From an uncultured Gemmatimonadales bacterium (GTDB lineage: Bacteria > Gemmatimonadota > Gemmatimonadetes > Longimicrobiales > RSA9): DNA of 64,000 bases. The position numbers and the translations under genes were made by a program. Of the stretch, positions 51,627 through 62,575 are shown in pieces. The stretch covers positions 4,256,001 to 4,320,000 of the forward strand of contig OY970192.1 in the NCBI GenBank assembly GCA_963708135.1. Reading direction: 5' to 3'. The notes under the pieces are model-generated. The model did no database searches. It worked only from the letters and a program-made list of their open reading frames with translations, and had not been told where the DNA came from. Within the stretch, counting starts at the first letter, position 1; each line of letters starts with the position of its first letter.

Positions 51627-51816
51627 GCGGGATGCGGGATGCGGGATGCGGGATCGCCGCAGGGCCCGCGAGCGCCTCCACCTCCTGACTCCTTCAGCGC
51701 TCTGGCGGGGCGCCGCATGCGGGGTTACGGTGTTCATGGACGCGACGCCATCCTGGAGTCGCGACCCCGGGGCGCGCCCGCGTCCCGGCCCGCGTCGCCT
51801 GCCAGGAGCTGACGCG

Positions 51817-52725
51817 ATGCGCCGCTCTCTCTCGCCGGTCCTTGCCGCCGCCGCCCTCCTCGCGCCCTCGGTCCTCGCCGCGCAGTCGCAGTGGCTGCCG
51901 CCCACGGACGACCTCTCGGTCGCGTTCGAGTACGTCCACCCGCACCTGGATGGGGCCGCGCGTCTCGACTTCGGACCGGAGTCGCCGGTCCAGGGGGCGA
52001 TGTTCCTGAGCGGCGTGATGCCCGTGACGCATCGGGTGCGCGCCATGGCGGAGCTGCCGCTCGGCGTCTCGGTCGGCGGGAACGGAGCCTGCGCGGGGGG
52101 CACCTGCTCCAGATTTCGGTCCGGGGCGTTCGTTGGCAATCCGTATCTGGGCGCCGAGCTGGCGCTCGGCCCGGCCATCCGCTGGACCGCCGGGATCCGC
52201 CTGCCGCTGCAATCGATCCCGATGGGCGACAGTCTGCGGACGTACGGTGGCGTGGCCGTTGTGCCGGCGCTGGCGGCCGCGCAGTACGATCGGCCGGAGG
52301 CGTTCTTCAGGAGGGCGAGCTCGGCGGAGACCGGGGTCGAGGCGAGGCTGCAGTTCCTACACGGCAACGAGGTCCGGCTGCACGCAGCGGGCGTGCTGGT
52401 ACACGACGCGCAGATCGATCGGCCGTACGGCCGCGTGAACGTGGTGCAGTGGCGGCTCGGCACCCAGGTCTGGCACACGCAGGCCTGGGCCGGCCGGGCG
52501 CGCGTCGTGGGCGGCCTCGGGGTGAGCGTGCTGAACGTGCCCGGCTACCCGAGCGGCCGCGCGACGGAGGTCGAATGGGGCATCGCCGCGGGACCCTGCC
52601 TCGGGCGCTGGCTGCCGCTCATCGAGCTCCGCGTCCCGACCGCGCGCCTCAACGCCGTGCCCGGTGCGTGGATCTGGCGGGTGGACCGCGGCTACACGCT
52701 GGAGCTGGCGGTGCAGTACCAATAG
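51817..52725 (+). CDS. Paralog of the upstream exported protein
   Basis: Shared QWLPPT, EYVHPH, GNPYLGAE, GNE.RLHA.GVLVHD, YTLELAVQY. Confidence 0.7.
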   Translation: MRRSLSPVLAAAALLAPSVLAAQSQWLPPTDDLSVAFEYVHPHLDGAARLDFGPESPVQGAMFLSGVMPVTHRVRAMAELPLGVSVGGNGACAGGTCSRFRSGAFVGNPYLGAELALGPAIRWTAGIRLPLQSIPMGDSLRTYGGVAVVPALAAAQYDRPEAFFRRASSAETGVEARLQFLHGNEVRLHAAGVLVHDAQIDRPYGRVNVVQWRLGTQVWHTQAWAGRARVVGGLGVSVLNVPGYPSGRATEVEWGIAAGPCLGRWLPLIELRVPTARLNAVPGAWIWRVDRGYTLELAVQYQ

Positions 52726-52782
52726 CGGGATGCGGGATGCCGGGCTCGCGACGCGCCCGCAGGCCGCGAGCGCCTCCGTCAC

Positions 52783-53748
52783 CTACTTCGTGCTGATCTC
52801 CAGGTTCACGCTGTGGCAGCTCGCGCGGGGCCCGGTTCCGGCGCTCACCACCAGCGCGACGAACATCGTGTCCCCCTCCTCGCCCGCGCGCGTCCAGCTC
52901 GCGCCGGCGCTCTCGCCGGAAGTCCGCGTCCAGCCGGCGTCGCGGAGCTGCCTGGCGTAGAAGTCCAGCAGCTCCCGGGCGCCGAGCGTCGTCCGCACCT
53001 CCGTCCCCGTGCTCGAGCTGCCGCTGCGCATCCGGCGGCAGTCGGTGGCGCCGCCAACGGCCGGGAGCGGCGGAGGCTCGAGCATGTGGCCGGGATAGAG
53101 GGCCACCGCGAAATCGGGCCGGCAGCTCACGCTGTCCGCCACGTCCACCGGCGCGTAGAGCCGCTTGTCGAAGTGCGTGCTGATCGCGGCCACCAGGTGC
53201 CCCCCGGCCGAGAAGCCGAGCACGCCGATCCGGTGCGGGTCGATGTGCCACTCGGCGGCGTGGAGCCGCACCAGCCCGATTGTCCGCTGCGCGTCCTCCA
53301 GCGCCATGGGCGAGCTCGGATACGCGCCCGACTTCGGTTTCCCGCCGCCGCCCGGCACGCGGTACTTGAGCAGCACGCAGGTGATCCCGCGCGACGTCAG
53401 CCAGTCGCAGACCTCGGTGCCCTCGAGGTCGATGGCAAGGATCTCGTAGCCCCCGCCGGGGAACACCACGGCCGCGGCGCCCGTGTTCCCGCCCTTCGGC
53501 GCGTAGACCGTCATGGTCGGCCGGGCGACCGGGCCCACGTAGGTCCACGGCCTGCCGGCGACGAGGTGGTCGTTCAGCCGCGTGACCGCCTGCTCCGGAC
53601 CCGCGACGGGCTGCGCGTCAGGCGGCGTCCCCGGCCAGATCGGCACCTGCGTGTGCCCCGGCGCCGGCTGCCACGGATGCGCCTGGGCGGCCAGAGCCGC
53701 AGGCGCGGCGAGGGCAGGAGCGAAGGCGAGCACCAGCGGCTTCAGCAT
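52783..53748 (-). CDS. Alpha/beta hydrolase (xylan esterase-like) with atypical C-terminus, possibly chimeric
   Basis: FPGGGY, LKYRVP, GFSAGG, RPDFAVALYPGH, then unrelated ELLDFYARQLRDAGW. Confidence 0.7.
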   Translation of the reverse strand: MLKPLVLAFAPALAAPAALAAQAHPWQPAPGHTQVPIWPGTPPDAQPVAGPEQAVTRLNDHLVAGRPWTYVGPVARPTMTVYAPKGGNTGAAAVVFPGGGYEILAIDLEGTEVCDWLTSRGITCVLLKYRVPGGGGKPKSGAYPSSPMALEDAQRTIGLVRLHAAEWHIDPHRIGVLGFSAGGHLVAAISTHFDKRLYAPVDVADSVSCRPDFAVALYPGHMLEPPPLPAVGGATDCRRMRSGSSSTGTEVRTTLGARELLDFYARQLRDAGWTRTSGESAGASWTRAGEEGDTMFVALVVSAGTGPRASCHSVNLEISTK

Positions 53749-53777
53749 CGTTCGGGCATCTCCGTGTCGGCCGCCCC

Positions 53778-54548
53778 CTAGCCCAGCTGGAACATCGCGA
53801 ACGGGACCCCCTGCGGGTCCTGACACTGCGCGACCCTGCCGCCGGGCACGTCGGAGGGCCCGTTCTCGACCTGCCCGCCGCCGCGCTTCACGCGCTCCAT
53901 CGCGCCATCCAGGTCGGCGACGTTCACGTAGTACAGCCAGTGCGGGTGCACGCCCATGATCTTCGCCAGGTCCGAGATGCCGCCGAGCGAACGGTCCGCG
54001 GCGTCGGCCGGGTGATGGTACATGACGTAGGGTCCCATCTCCCCCATGTCCATCGTGGACCCCTGCTTCCAGCCGAACAGCCCGGAGTAGAACGCCCACG
54101 CGGCCTCGTGGTCCGTGGTGCTGAGCTCGTGCCAGCCGACGAAGGCGACCTTCGTCTGGTCCGGCGCGGTCCCCTCGCCCTGCGGCGCGAGCAGCGCGAT
54201 GGTCGCCCCCTGCGGATCGGCAAGGACGGCGAAGCGGCCCACCTCGGGGATGTCCGTCGGCGGCACGCGGACGGCGCCGCCCAGATCCTTCGCGCGCGCG
54301 GTCGCCCGATCGACATCGGCGACATGGACGTATCCCATCCAGTGCGGCGGCACGCCCGCGCTCCGCAGCTCCGCGGGCAGCGCCATGAGGCCGCCCATGC
54401 CCGTCCCGTCCGCCTGCCAGACGGAGTACGGGTTGGGCCCCGGCCAGTCCTGGACCGTCCAGCCGATCACGTCCCCGTAGAATCGCTTCGCCGCCTCGGG
54501 GTCCGTCGTCATCAGCTCGTACCAGACGAAACGCCCATCGTCGCTCAT
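53778..54548 (-). CDS. VOC/glyoxalase family, two domains
   Basis: FVWYELMTTD..FY..GW, DPQGA; both motifs repeated. Confidence 0.9.
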   Translation of the reverse strand: MSDDGRFVWYELMTTDPEAAKRFYGDVIGWTVQDWPGPNPYSVWQADGTGMGGLMALPAELRSAGVPPHWMGYVHVADVDRATARAKDLGGAVRVPPTDIPEVGRFAVLADPQGATIALLAPQGEGTAPDQTKVAFVGWHELSTTDHEAAWAFYSGLFGWKQGSTMDMGEMGPYVMYHHPADAADRSLGGISDLAKIMGVHPHWLYYVNVADLDGAMERVKRGGGQVENGPSDVPGGRVAQCQDPQGVPFAMFQLG

Positions 54549-54815
54549 CGCCGCCCTCCTCGTTCGTGGTCGTCGAACGCAACCGCACCTTCCCGCCGGG
54601 AGGACGTACAGCCCGCGGACCGCCCCCGGCAAGCAAGCCGAACCGTAGCCAGGCGGCTCCCGCGGCGGCAAGGGCCCCCGCGGCCCTCAAAGACGAATCC
54701 GAAGCGGGATCCAGGCCGCGCAGCGGCCGGAATCCGAATCCCGGCGGTTCCCGTCGGCCGCCGAGCCGCAGACGACGCGGGGGCGGCGCCCGGTGGTGGG
54801 GCGGTCCAGCCGGGG

Positions 54816-55030
54816 CGCGTCGAATCCGGCGGGCGCTCTCCGCGTCGAATCCGGCGGGCGCTCTCCGCGTCGAATCCGGCGGGCGCTCTCCGCGTCGAAT
54901 CCGGCGGGCGCCGTCCGCGTCGAATCCGTCGGGCGCCGTCCGCACCAATTCCCCTCGGGCGCTGTCCGCCTCCGGTCGGGCGTTGCCCCCCTCGAATCGC
55001 GCGCTGCCCCCCTCGAATCGCGCGCTGCCG
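54816..55030. repeat. Tandem repeats: 5-6 x 25 bp CGCGTCGAATCCGGCGGGCGCTCTC, then 2 x 21 bp CCCCCTCGAATCGCGCGCTGC
   Basis: 25-bp units at 54816, 54841, 54866, 54891, 54916, degenerate at 54941. Confidence 0.9.
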
Positions 55031-55087
55031 GTCCCGAATCCGTCGCGCGCTGCCTGCCCCACGCGTCGGGCGCGCGTAGAGGGCAGG

Positions 55088-55256
55088 AAAGTCCCCATGC
55101 ATCGGCCGCGAAATCGACGGTTGGGGACTTGACTGCGAATAGCGCGGCAAAGTCCCCAAGCGTTCCCACGGACCAGCGACGCGTGGGGAGTTGACAACGA
55201 ATAGCGCGGTCAACTCCCCAACCGTCTCCGCGCCCGGGCGCCCGTGGGGAGTTCAC
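55088..55256. repeat. Palindromic 37-bp repeat with 24-25 bp unique spacers (mini-array)
   Basis: Full copies at 55122-55158 and 55184-55220; half copies ending 55097 and starting 55245. Confidence 0.7.
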
Positions 55257-55427
55257 GGTTGCGGAGCGCCCCGGAAGCATGCGAACACAGGGGAAGCCTC
55301 GATCAACCCGATGGCAACCGCCTCGACAATCCGGCCGTCTTACGGGAAGAGCCGGATTTGGATTCCGGGGCTCCGCCCTCGATCGGGATTCGTTTCACGG
55401 GCCGAGCCGCGCTTCCGCACGCCGCCC

Positions 55428-55482
55428 TTGACCGCCCCGGACCGCGGTGCTAGTATCCCAGCATGCTGCTAAAATTCTAGCA
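55428..55482 (+). promoter_or_regulatory. Sigma70-type promoter with two BlaI-type operator palindromes
   Basis: TTGACC-17-TAGTAT with extended TGn; TGCTAGTATCCCAGCA (55448-63) and TGCTAAAATTCTAGCA (55467-82). Confidence 0.7.
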
Positions 55483-55497
55483 CAGGGGGCGAGGGGC

Positions 55498-55887
55498 ATG
55501 GCCAACGAGAGCAAGCCCGGGCTGAGCTGGCGCGAGCGGCAGATCATGGACGTGCTGTACGCGCGCGGCCAGGCGACGGTAGGCGAGGTGCTGGAGGGGA
55601 TGGCGGATGCGCCGAGCTACTCGGCGGTGCGCGCCACGCTGCGGGTGCTGGAGGACAAGCGGCAGGTGGCGCACCGCCAGGAGGGGCCGCGCTACGTCTA
55701 CCTGCCGACGACGCCGCAGGAGAAGGCCAGCACGGCGGCGCTGCGGCACGTGGTGCGAACGTTCTTCAACGACTCGGCGGATCAGGCGGTCGTGGCGCTC
55801 CTGAAGCTGCAGGGTGCGTCGCTTTCGGACACGGAGATCGAGCGGCTGGCGGAGCGGATCCGCGAGGCGCGGGAGGAGGGACGATGA
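55498..55887 (+). CDS. BlaI/MecI/CopY family repressor
   Basis: LSWRERQIMDVLY, SYSAVR..LRVLEDK, RYVY, FFNDS. Confidence 0.92.
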   Translation: MANESKPGLSWRERQIMDVLYARGQATVGEVLEGMADAPSYSAVRATLRVLEDKRQVAHRQEGPRYVYLPTTPQEKASTAALRHVVRTFFNDSADQAVVALLKLQGASLSDTEIERLAERIREAREEGR

Positions 55888-58613
55888 GCGCGGCGTGGAC
55901 GACCTCGGTGCTGGCCCTGCTGCTCGACACGACATTGAAGGCGACGCTGCTGCTCATCCTTGCCGGCGCGGCCTCGCTGCTGCTGCGCCACCGGTCCGCG
56001 GCGCTGCGCCACGCGCTCTGGGCGGCGACGGCGGCGGGGCTGCTGGCGCTGCCGCTGCTCTCGGCCGCACTGCCGTGGCACCTCTCGGTGCTGCCGCGCG
56101 CGCTGTCCGACCTCTCCTCAGGCGACGTTTCCGCCGCCGCCTCTCCGGCGCCCGCGACATCTGCGGCGCGGCGAACCACGCGATCAGAGGTGGCCACGGG
56201 CGGGGTGGCGGAGCTGGCGGCCGCGGCGTCTGCGCCGGGCGCGGCGCTCCCCGGCCTGGCCGTGCGGAGGCCGGCTGCGGACGCCCCGGCCGCGCGGGGC
56301 GCCATCGCATTGCCAATACCGACGCCACAGGCGGGCACCGCCGAGAGCCGGAGCTTCGCGCACGCGCCAGGGACCTCCCATCTCGAGCCCGCGGGGCGGG
56401 AGCCGGCGCCATTGGCCGCCACGGCGCCCGCACGGGACGCGAATGCGGCCATCGCCCACCGCTCTTCGACCGATGCCGCCGGCACCGCCGCCGTCCTCGC
56501 CCTGTTCCTCTGGGCGCTCGGCGCCTTCATCCTGCTTGGAAGGCTGGCGCTGGGTCACCTGGTGGTCGGCCGCTACGCGCGCCGCGCGGAGCCGCTCGAG
56601 GCGGGGCCGTGGCGGGTTCTGGCGAGCAGGCTGACGCTCCGGCTGGCGCTCTGGCGGGACGTGCGGCTGCTGCGGAGCGGCGAGGTGCGGCTGCCGGTGA
56701 CGTGGGGGCTGCGTCGCCCTGTGGTGCTGCTGCCGGAGGAGGCGGAGACGTGGAGCCATGAGCGTCGCAGCGCGGTGCTGCTGCACGAGCTGGCCCACGT
56801 GCAGCGGCGGGACGCGCTGGCGCAGCTGGTCGGCACCATCGCGTGCGCGTTGTACTGGTTCCACCCGTTCGTGTGGCGGGCGGTGGCGCGAATGCAGGAT
56901 GAGGGGGAGCGCGCGTGCGACGACTCGGTGCTGCGGGCCGGCACCCGCGCGTCCGACTACGCCGGCCATCTGCTGGACCTGGTGCGCTCCTTCGGCGACG
57001 CGCGGGCGCCGGTGCCGGCGCTGCCGATGGCGCAGAGGTCGAGCTTCGAGGGGCGGCTGCTGGCCATCCTCGACCCGGCGCGCGACCGGGGCCGCCCGGC
57101 GCGGCGCAACGGCCTCGCCCTGGCGGGCGTCGCGGCGCTGGTCGTGGCCCCGATCGCGACCCTGCGGCCCGCGCCCGCGCCCGCGGCGACTCCGGCCGCG
57201 GCGGAGGCCGCGCGGCCGGCGGCGCGCGTCGAGAGCGCGGGGGCCCCGTCGCCTGCGGCATCCATGGAGGGGACGCAGAGCGCGTGGGCGGCGGCGCTCG
57301 CGGCGGGGTCGTTTGCGCAGGATACGGGGAAGAAGGCGAAGAGGCGGACGCACGCGGGCGGGGCGCCGGTCGCGCCCGCGCCGCCTGACCTGCCGCTGAG
57401 CCTGCTGGCGGAGCTGGCGCTGGGGCCGGTGGACGTGCCGCTGAGCCTGCTGGCGGAGCCGGACCTTGCACCCGTCGCGCCGGAGCCGCCGCTCTCGGCG
57501 CTGCTGGAGCCGCGCATTGCCACGGCGCTGTCGGCGGCGCCGGCCGCGGTCCCCGCGCCCCGGCCGATGCCGGTGCCACGGCCGCCCGAAGGTCTGCTGC
57601 TGAACGGCTCGGCGTTCGGGCCGCTCGCCCTGCAGACGCTTCCCCCAAAGGTGGTGACGCCGGCACTGCTCGGCAGTGATGGGCTTCCGCCCGAGGCTCT
57701 CGCGGCCGCGCCGACCGGCCTCTGGAGGCGGCACCGCCAGCCGACCGCGGCGCAGAAGCGGGCGCTGGCGTCGCTGGTGCCGGCACTGCACGACGGCGAC
57801 AGGGACGTGCGGGTCACGGCGCTCCGCTCCATCGCGGAGCTGGGCGGCACGGAGGACCCGGCCACGTTGAGGGCGCTCGTGCCGCTGGTGTCGGATGCCG
57901 ACGTCGAGGTCCGGCGCTACGCGGTGCGCCTGCTCGGCGAGTCCGGCGACTCCGCGGCGGTGGACGCCCTCATCTCGGCGCTGCGCAAGGACACGGATGC
58001 GGAGGTTCGGCGCACGGCCGCATGGTCGCTCGGCTCCATGCGGGCGAAGACCGCGGTGCCCGCGCTCATGGACGCGGTGCGCCAGGACGCGGACGCAGAG
58101 GTCAAGACGACGGCGGCCTGGGCGCTCGGCCAGCTGCGCGATGCGCGGGCCGTGCCGGCGCTGTCGGCGGCCCTCGGCGCGGGTGGCTCGAAGGAGCTGC
58201 GCCGCACGGCGGCGTGGGCGCTCGGTGAGCTGCGCGACCCGGCGTCGGTCCCCGCGCTGCAGACGGCGCTGAAGGACCCGGACGCGTCCGTCCGCCGCAC
58301 CGCCGCGTGGGCGCTGGGCGAGCTGCACAGCGACGCGGCCGTGGCCGGCCTCTCCTCCGCGCTGCGGGTGGACGGCGAGGCCGACGTGCGTCGCATGGCG
58401 GCGTGGGCGCTCGGCCAGGCGCGGGACAGCGCCGCCGTGCCCGCCCTCTCGGCCGCCACGACAGACAAGGACCCGGAGGTCCGTCGCATGGCCATCTGGG
58501 GCCTCTCCCGCATCGACGGCAACGCCGCGCTGGACGCGCTCGTCAAGGCGCTCAAGAGCGACGACCCCGAGATCCGCCGCAGCGCCGCGCGCGCGCTCGG
58601 CCGGGTGAACTGA
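55884..58613 (+). CDS. M56 (BlaR1-like) metallopeptidase fused to HEAT repeats
   Basis: HELAHVQRRD, YWFHP, ERACDD; about 9 repeats of D..VRRTAAWALG. Confidence 0.9.
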   Translation: MSAAWTTSVLALLLDTTLKATLLLILAGAASLLLRHRSAALRHALWAATAAGLLALPLLSAALPWHLSVLPRALSDLSSGDVSAAASPAPATSAARRTTRSEVATGGVAELAAAASAPGAALPGLAVRRPAADAPAARGAIALPIPTPQAGTAESRSFAHAPGTSHLEPAGREPAPLAATAPARDANAAIAHRSSTDAAGTAAVLALFLWALGAFILLGRLALGHLVVGRYARRAEPLEAGPWRVLASRLTLRLALWRDVRLLRSGEVRLPVTWGLRRPVVLLPEEAETWSHERRSAVLLHELAHVQRRDALAQLVGTIACALYWFHPFVWRAVARMQDEGERACDDSVLRAGTRASDYAGHLLDLVRSFGDARAPVPALPMAQRSSFEGRLLAILDPARDRGRPARRNGLALAGVAALVVAPIATLRPAPAPAATPAAAEAARPAARVESAGAPSPAASMEGTQSAWAAALAAGSFAQDTGKKAKRRTHAGGAPVAPAPPDLPLSLLAELALGPVDVPLSLLAEPDLAPVAPEPPLSALLEPRIATALSAAPAAVPAPRPMPVPRPPEGLLLNGSAFGPLALQTLPPKVVTPALLGSDGLPPEALAAAPTGLWRRHRQPTAAQKRALASLVPALHDGDRDVRVTALRSIAELGGTEDPATLRALVPLVSDADVEVRRYAVRLLGESGDSAAVDALISALRKDTDAEVRRTAAWSLGSMRAKTAVPALMDAVRQDADAEVKTTAAWALGQLRDARAVPALSAALGAGGSKELRRTAAWALGELRDPASVPALQTALKDPDASVRRTAAWALGELHSDAAVAGLSSALRVDGEADVRRMAAWALGQARDSAAVPALSAATTDKDPEVRRMAIWGLSRIDGNAALDALVKALKSDDPEIRRSAARALGRVN

Positions 58614-58615
58614 GG

Positions 58616-59602
<987 letters not shown>

Positions 59603-59682
59603 AAGGCGGACGCACTTCCACCCGCTTTCGCCCGAGGCCGAGGGGCGGCGGAGCAGGTGGAAGGGTCGGGCTCAGCGGGCGG

Positions 59683-59862
59683 GCGAGCAAAATCGGCAAA
59701 CGGAGGTCGGTGCCGGGCGCGGGATCCCGATCTTGATCGGTTTCCGAGACGAAACGCGCAGCGGACGGGGGCGCGCGGCGTCGCGAGGCCATTTTTGCTC
59801 GCTTTCCGAGATGAATCGGGATCCGGACGGATCGGGATGCGCCGAGTGCGCGGTTTTGCCCG
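59683..59862. repeat. Dispersed ~180 bp intergenic element, copy B
   Basis: Colinear similarity to 50398-50578. Confidence 0.7.
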
Positions 59863-60012
59863 GCCGCCCGGCACCTTCTCACGCGATCACGTGGATCGGT
59901 GTGTCCCCGCGTCCTTTCGTCGGGTGGAAGGGGCGAGGGGCGGCCTCGGGGTGTCATCAGGCGCGGCATCCGCCCTCTGGCGCCGCCCGCCTCAACCTGC
60001 CACCATCCCGCC

Positions 60013-61284
60013 ATGAACGACATCCCTCACGTGGTCATCCTCGGCGGCGGCTTCGGCGGGCTGTACTGCGGGCGGGCGCTGGGGCAGGCGCCTGTGCGCG
60101 TCACGGTGGTGGACCGGCGCAACTTCCACCTCTTCCAGCCGCTGCTCTACCAGGTGGCCACGGCGTCGCTCTCGCCGGGGGACATCGCGGGGCCGATCCG
60201 CGCGATCCTGCGCTCCCGGAACACCGAGGTGTGGATGGCGGAGGTGGCGGGGGTGGACGTGGCGACGCGCACGGTCCAGCTGGAGGACGGCGAGCTGCGC
60301 TACGACTGGCTGGTCGTGGCCACGGGCGCGACGCACGCCTACTTCGGGCACCCGGAGTGGGAACCGCTCGCGCCGGGGCTGAAGACGGTCGATGACGCGA
60401 CGGAGATCCGCCGCAGGTTCCTCCTGGCGTTCGAGGCGGCGGAGCGCGAGGAGGACGCGGAGGCCCGGCGTCGCCGGCTGAATTTCGTGATCGTGGGAGG
60501 CGGCCCGACGGGGGTCGAGCTGGCGGGCGCGATGGCGGAGATCGCGCGGCGGGCGCTGCCGTCGGAGTTCCACGCGATCGACACGACCACCGCGCGCATC
60601 CTGCTGCTGGAGGGCGGGCCGCGGGTGCTGCCGGCGTACCCGCCCGACCTCTCGGAGAAGGCGCGGCGGCAGCTCGAGAAGCTGGGCGTCGAGGTGCGTA
60701 CGGGCGCGATGGTGACCGACGTGCTGCCGGACGCGGTGTGCGTCGGCGAGGAGCGGATCCCGGCGGGGAACGTCTTCTGGGCGGCCGGCGTCGCGGCCTC
60801 GCCGATCGGGGCGACGCTGGGCGCCGACCTGGACCGCGCGGGCCGGGTGATCGTGGCGCCGGACTGCTCGCTGCCGGGGCACCGCGAGGTGTTCGTGGTG
60901 GGCGACCTCGCGCACGTGGAGCGGGAGGACGGTTCGCTCGTGCCGGGGGTGGCGCAGGGCGCGATCCAGATGGGGAAGCACGCGGCGCGCATGATCGAGC
61001 GCGACCTGGCCGGCAAGCCGCGCGAGCCGTTCCACTACCGCGACAAGGGCAGCCTGGCGACGATCGGGCGGCTGGCGGCGGTGGCGGAGATCGGGCGGCT
61101 CAAGCTGTCGGGCCTCGTCGCCTGGGTGGTGTGGGCGTTCGTGCACATCCTCTACCTGATCGGCTTCCGCAACCGCCTGCTGGTCATGATCCAGTGGGCA
61201 TGGTCGTACCTGACCTACAAGCGCGGCATCCGCCTGATCACGGGCAGTCCGCGGATCGAGCTCAAGCGATCGCGGCAGGAGTAA
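60013..61284 (+). CDS. ndh: Type II NADH dehydrogenase
   Basis: GGGFGG, FQPLLYQVAT, GGGPTGVELAG, WAAGV, YRDKGSLATIGR. Confidence 0.9.
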   Translation: MNDIPHVVILGGGFGGLYCGRALGQAPVRVTVVDRRNFHLFQPLLYQVATASLSPGDIAGPIRAILRSRNTEVWMAEVAGVDVATRTVQLEDGELRYDWLVVATGATHAYFGHPEWEPLAPGLKTVDDATEIRRRFLLAFEAAEREEDAEARRRRLNFVIVGGGPTGVELAGAMAEIARRALPSEFHAIDTTTARILLLEGGPRVLPAYPPDLSEKARRQLEKLGVEVRTGAMVTDVLPDAVCVGEERIPAGNVFWAAGVAASPIGATLGADLDRAGRVIVAPDCSLPGHREVFVVGDLAHVEREDGSLVPGVAQGAIQMGKHAARMIERDLAGKPREPFHYRDKGSLATIGRLAAVAEIGRLKLSGLVAWVVWAFVHILYLIGFRNRLLVMIQWAWSYLTYKRGIRLITGSPRIELKRSRQE

Positions 61285-61328
61285 GGCGGCCGGCGCTCGG
61301 GCCCGCCATCAGAGACAGCTACGTGTAC

Positions 61329-61814
61329 ATGACTCCCTCTTACGGCGGCGATCTCGCCCGCATCCACCACGCCGCCTTCGGCGACCTCGCGGAGCAAGCC
61401 GCGCCCCGGATCCTTTCCTGGCTCGGCGCGGCCGGGATCCGGGACGGACTGGTGGTGGATCTCGGCTGCGGCAGCGGCCTCTGGGCCGCCGCCTTCGACG
61501 CGGTGCTGCGCGCCGGCACCCGCCCGATGGCGTACCGGACCTGGCGCGCGGACGCCGACTGGGCGGTGCTGGTCGAGGTGGGCGAGGAAGCGAGGCGCAC
61601 GCGGCTTGTCCGGGAGATCACGACGTTCCGCCGCCTGGGGGCGGATTTCCGGCGCGCGCATGAGACGCACGTGCAGCGGCTCCACACGCGTCCGGATCTC
61701 GACCGGGCGCTCCGGGACGCGGGCTTCTCGGTGCGCGTGCACCGGGGCTACGGCGCGTATCGACTGGGACGTCGGCGGCTCGCCTTCCGCGCTCAGGCGC
61801 CCCGCGAGCCCTGA
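61329..61814 (+). pseudogene. Class I SAM methyltransferase, probable in-frame internal deletion
   Basis: VVDLGCGSG followed almost directly by C-terminal-type sequence; only 161 aa. Confidence 0.55.
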
Positions 61815-62509
61815 CCGTAGAGGAAGTACAGGTCCGTCGTCCGCACGGCGACGTCCCAGCCCAGCGCCGCCAGCCTCGCCTCCAGCTCCGCCGGCTCGTA
61901 GAAGACCTTCACGACATCGAACTCGCGGCCGTCGTTCAGGCGACGCCGCGCCACGGGATCGCCGGGTGGGGGAAGCGGCTGGTCGCGCGCGGTCGTCGTC
62001 GAGACCCGGAGCGAGTCCACGAAGAAGACCCGCCCGCCCGGCCGGAGCGCCGCGCGCACCGTCTCCCAGAAGCGCTCGAACCGAGCCTCCGGCACGTGCG
62101 ACAGCCAGAACGAGAAGAACACCACGTCGTGTAGCGGCTCCGGCCGGAGCTCGAAGAGGTCGGCGACGACGTAGTCGATCGCGGCCCGCGCGTCCCGGTC
62201 CTGCAGCGCCGCCAGCCGCCGGCGGTTCAGCTCGAGCGTCTCGGGCGACGCGTCCACGGCGGTGACGCGGTCCGCGAGCCGCGCCAGCCGCTCTGTCCAC
62301 CAGCCGGTGCCGGACGCCAGCTCGAGCACGCGCCCGCGCGGCCCGAAACCCTCGAGCGCCGCCTCCACCTCCGCGACCTCCTCCGCCCAGAGCCGGTTGA
62401 GCTCCGGCCCCATGTCGTAGCGCCCGCGCCGCTCGAACCACTCGTCGTATTCCCCCGCCCTGGCCCGGTAGTACGCCTTCTGCTCCTCGAGGAGCGGATC
62501 CTCCGTCAT
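61793..62509 (-). CDS. Class I SAM-dependent methyltransferase
   Basis: YYRARAGEYD, VLELASGTG, FWLSHVP, LRPGG. Confidence 0.88.
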   Translation of the reverse strand: MTEDPLLEEQKAYYRARAGEYDEWFERRGRYDMGPELNRLWAEEVAEVEAALEGFGPRGRVLELASGTGWWTERLARLADRVTAVDASPETLELNRRRLAALQDRDARAAIDYVVADLFELRPEPLHDVVFFSFWLSHVPEARFERFWETVRAALRPGGRVFFVDSLRVSTTTARDQPLPPPGDPVARRRLNDGREFDVVKVFYEPAELEARLAALGWDVAVRTTDLYFLYGQGSRGA

Positions 62510-62575
62510 GCCCCCTCTCCTTCCGTTGTTACCCCACCCCCACCCCCACCCCCAACCTCCCCCTCACCCTCACCC

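Noticed and set aside
54816..54940. 25-bp repeat as a CRISPR array
   Set aside because: Units are contiguous with no spacers.
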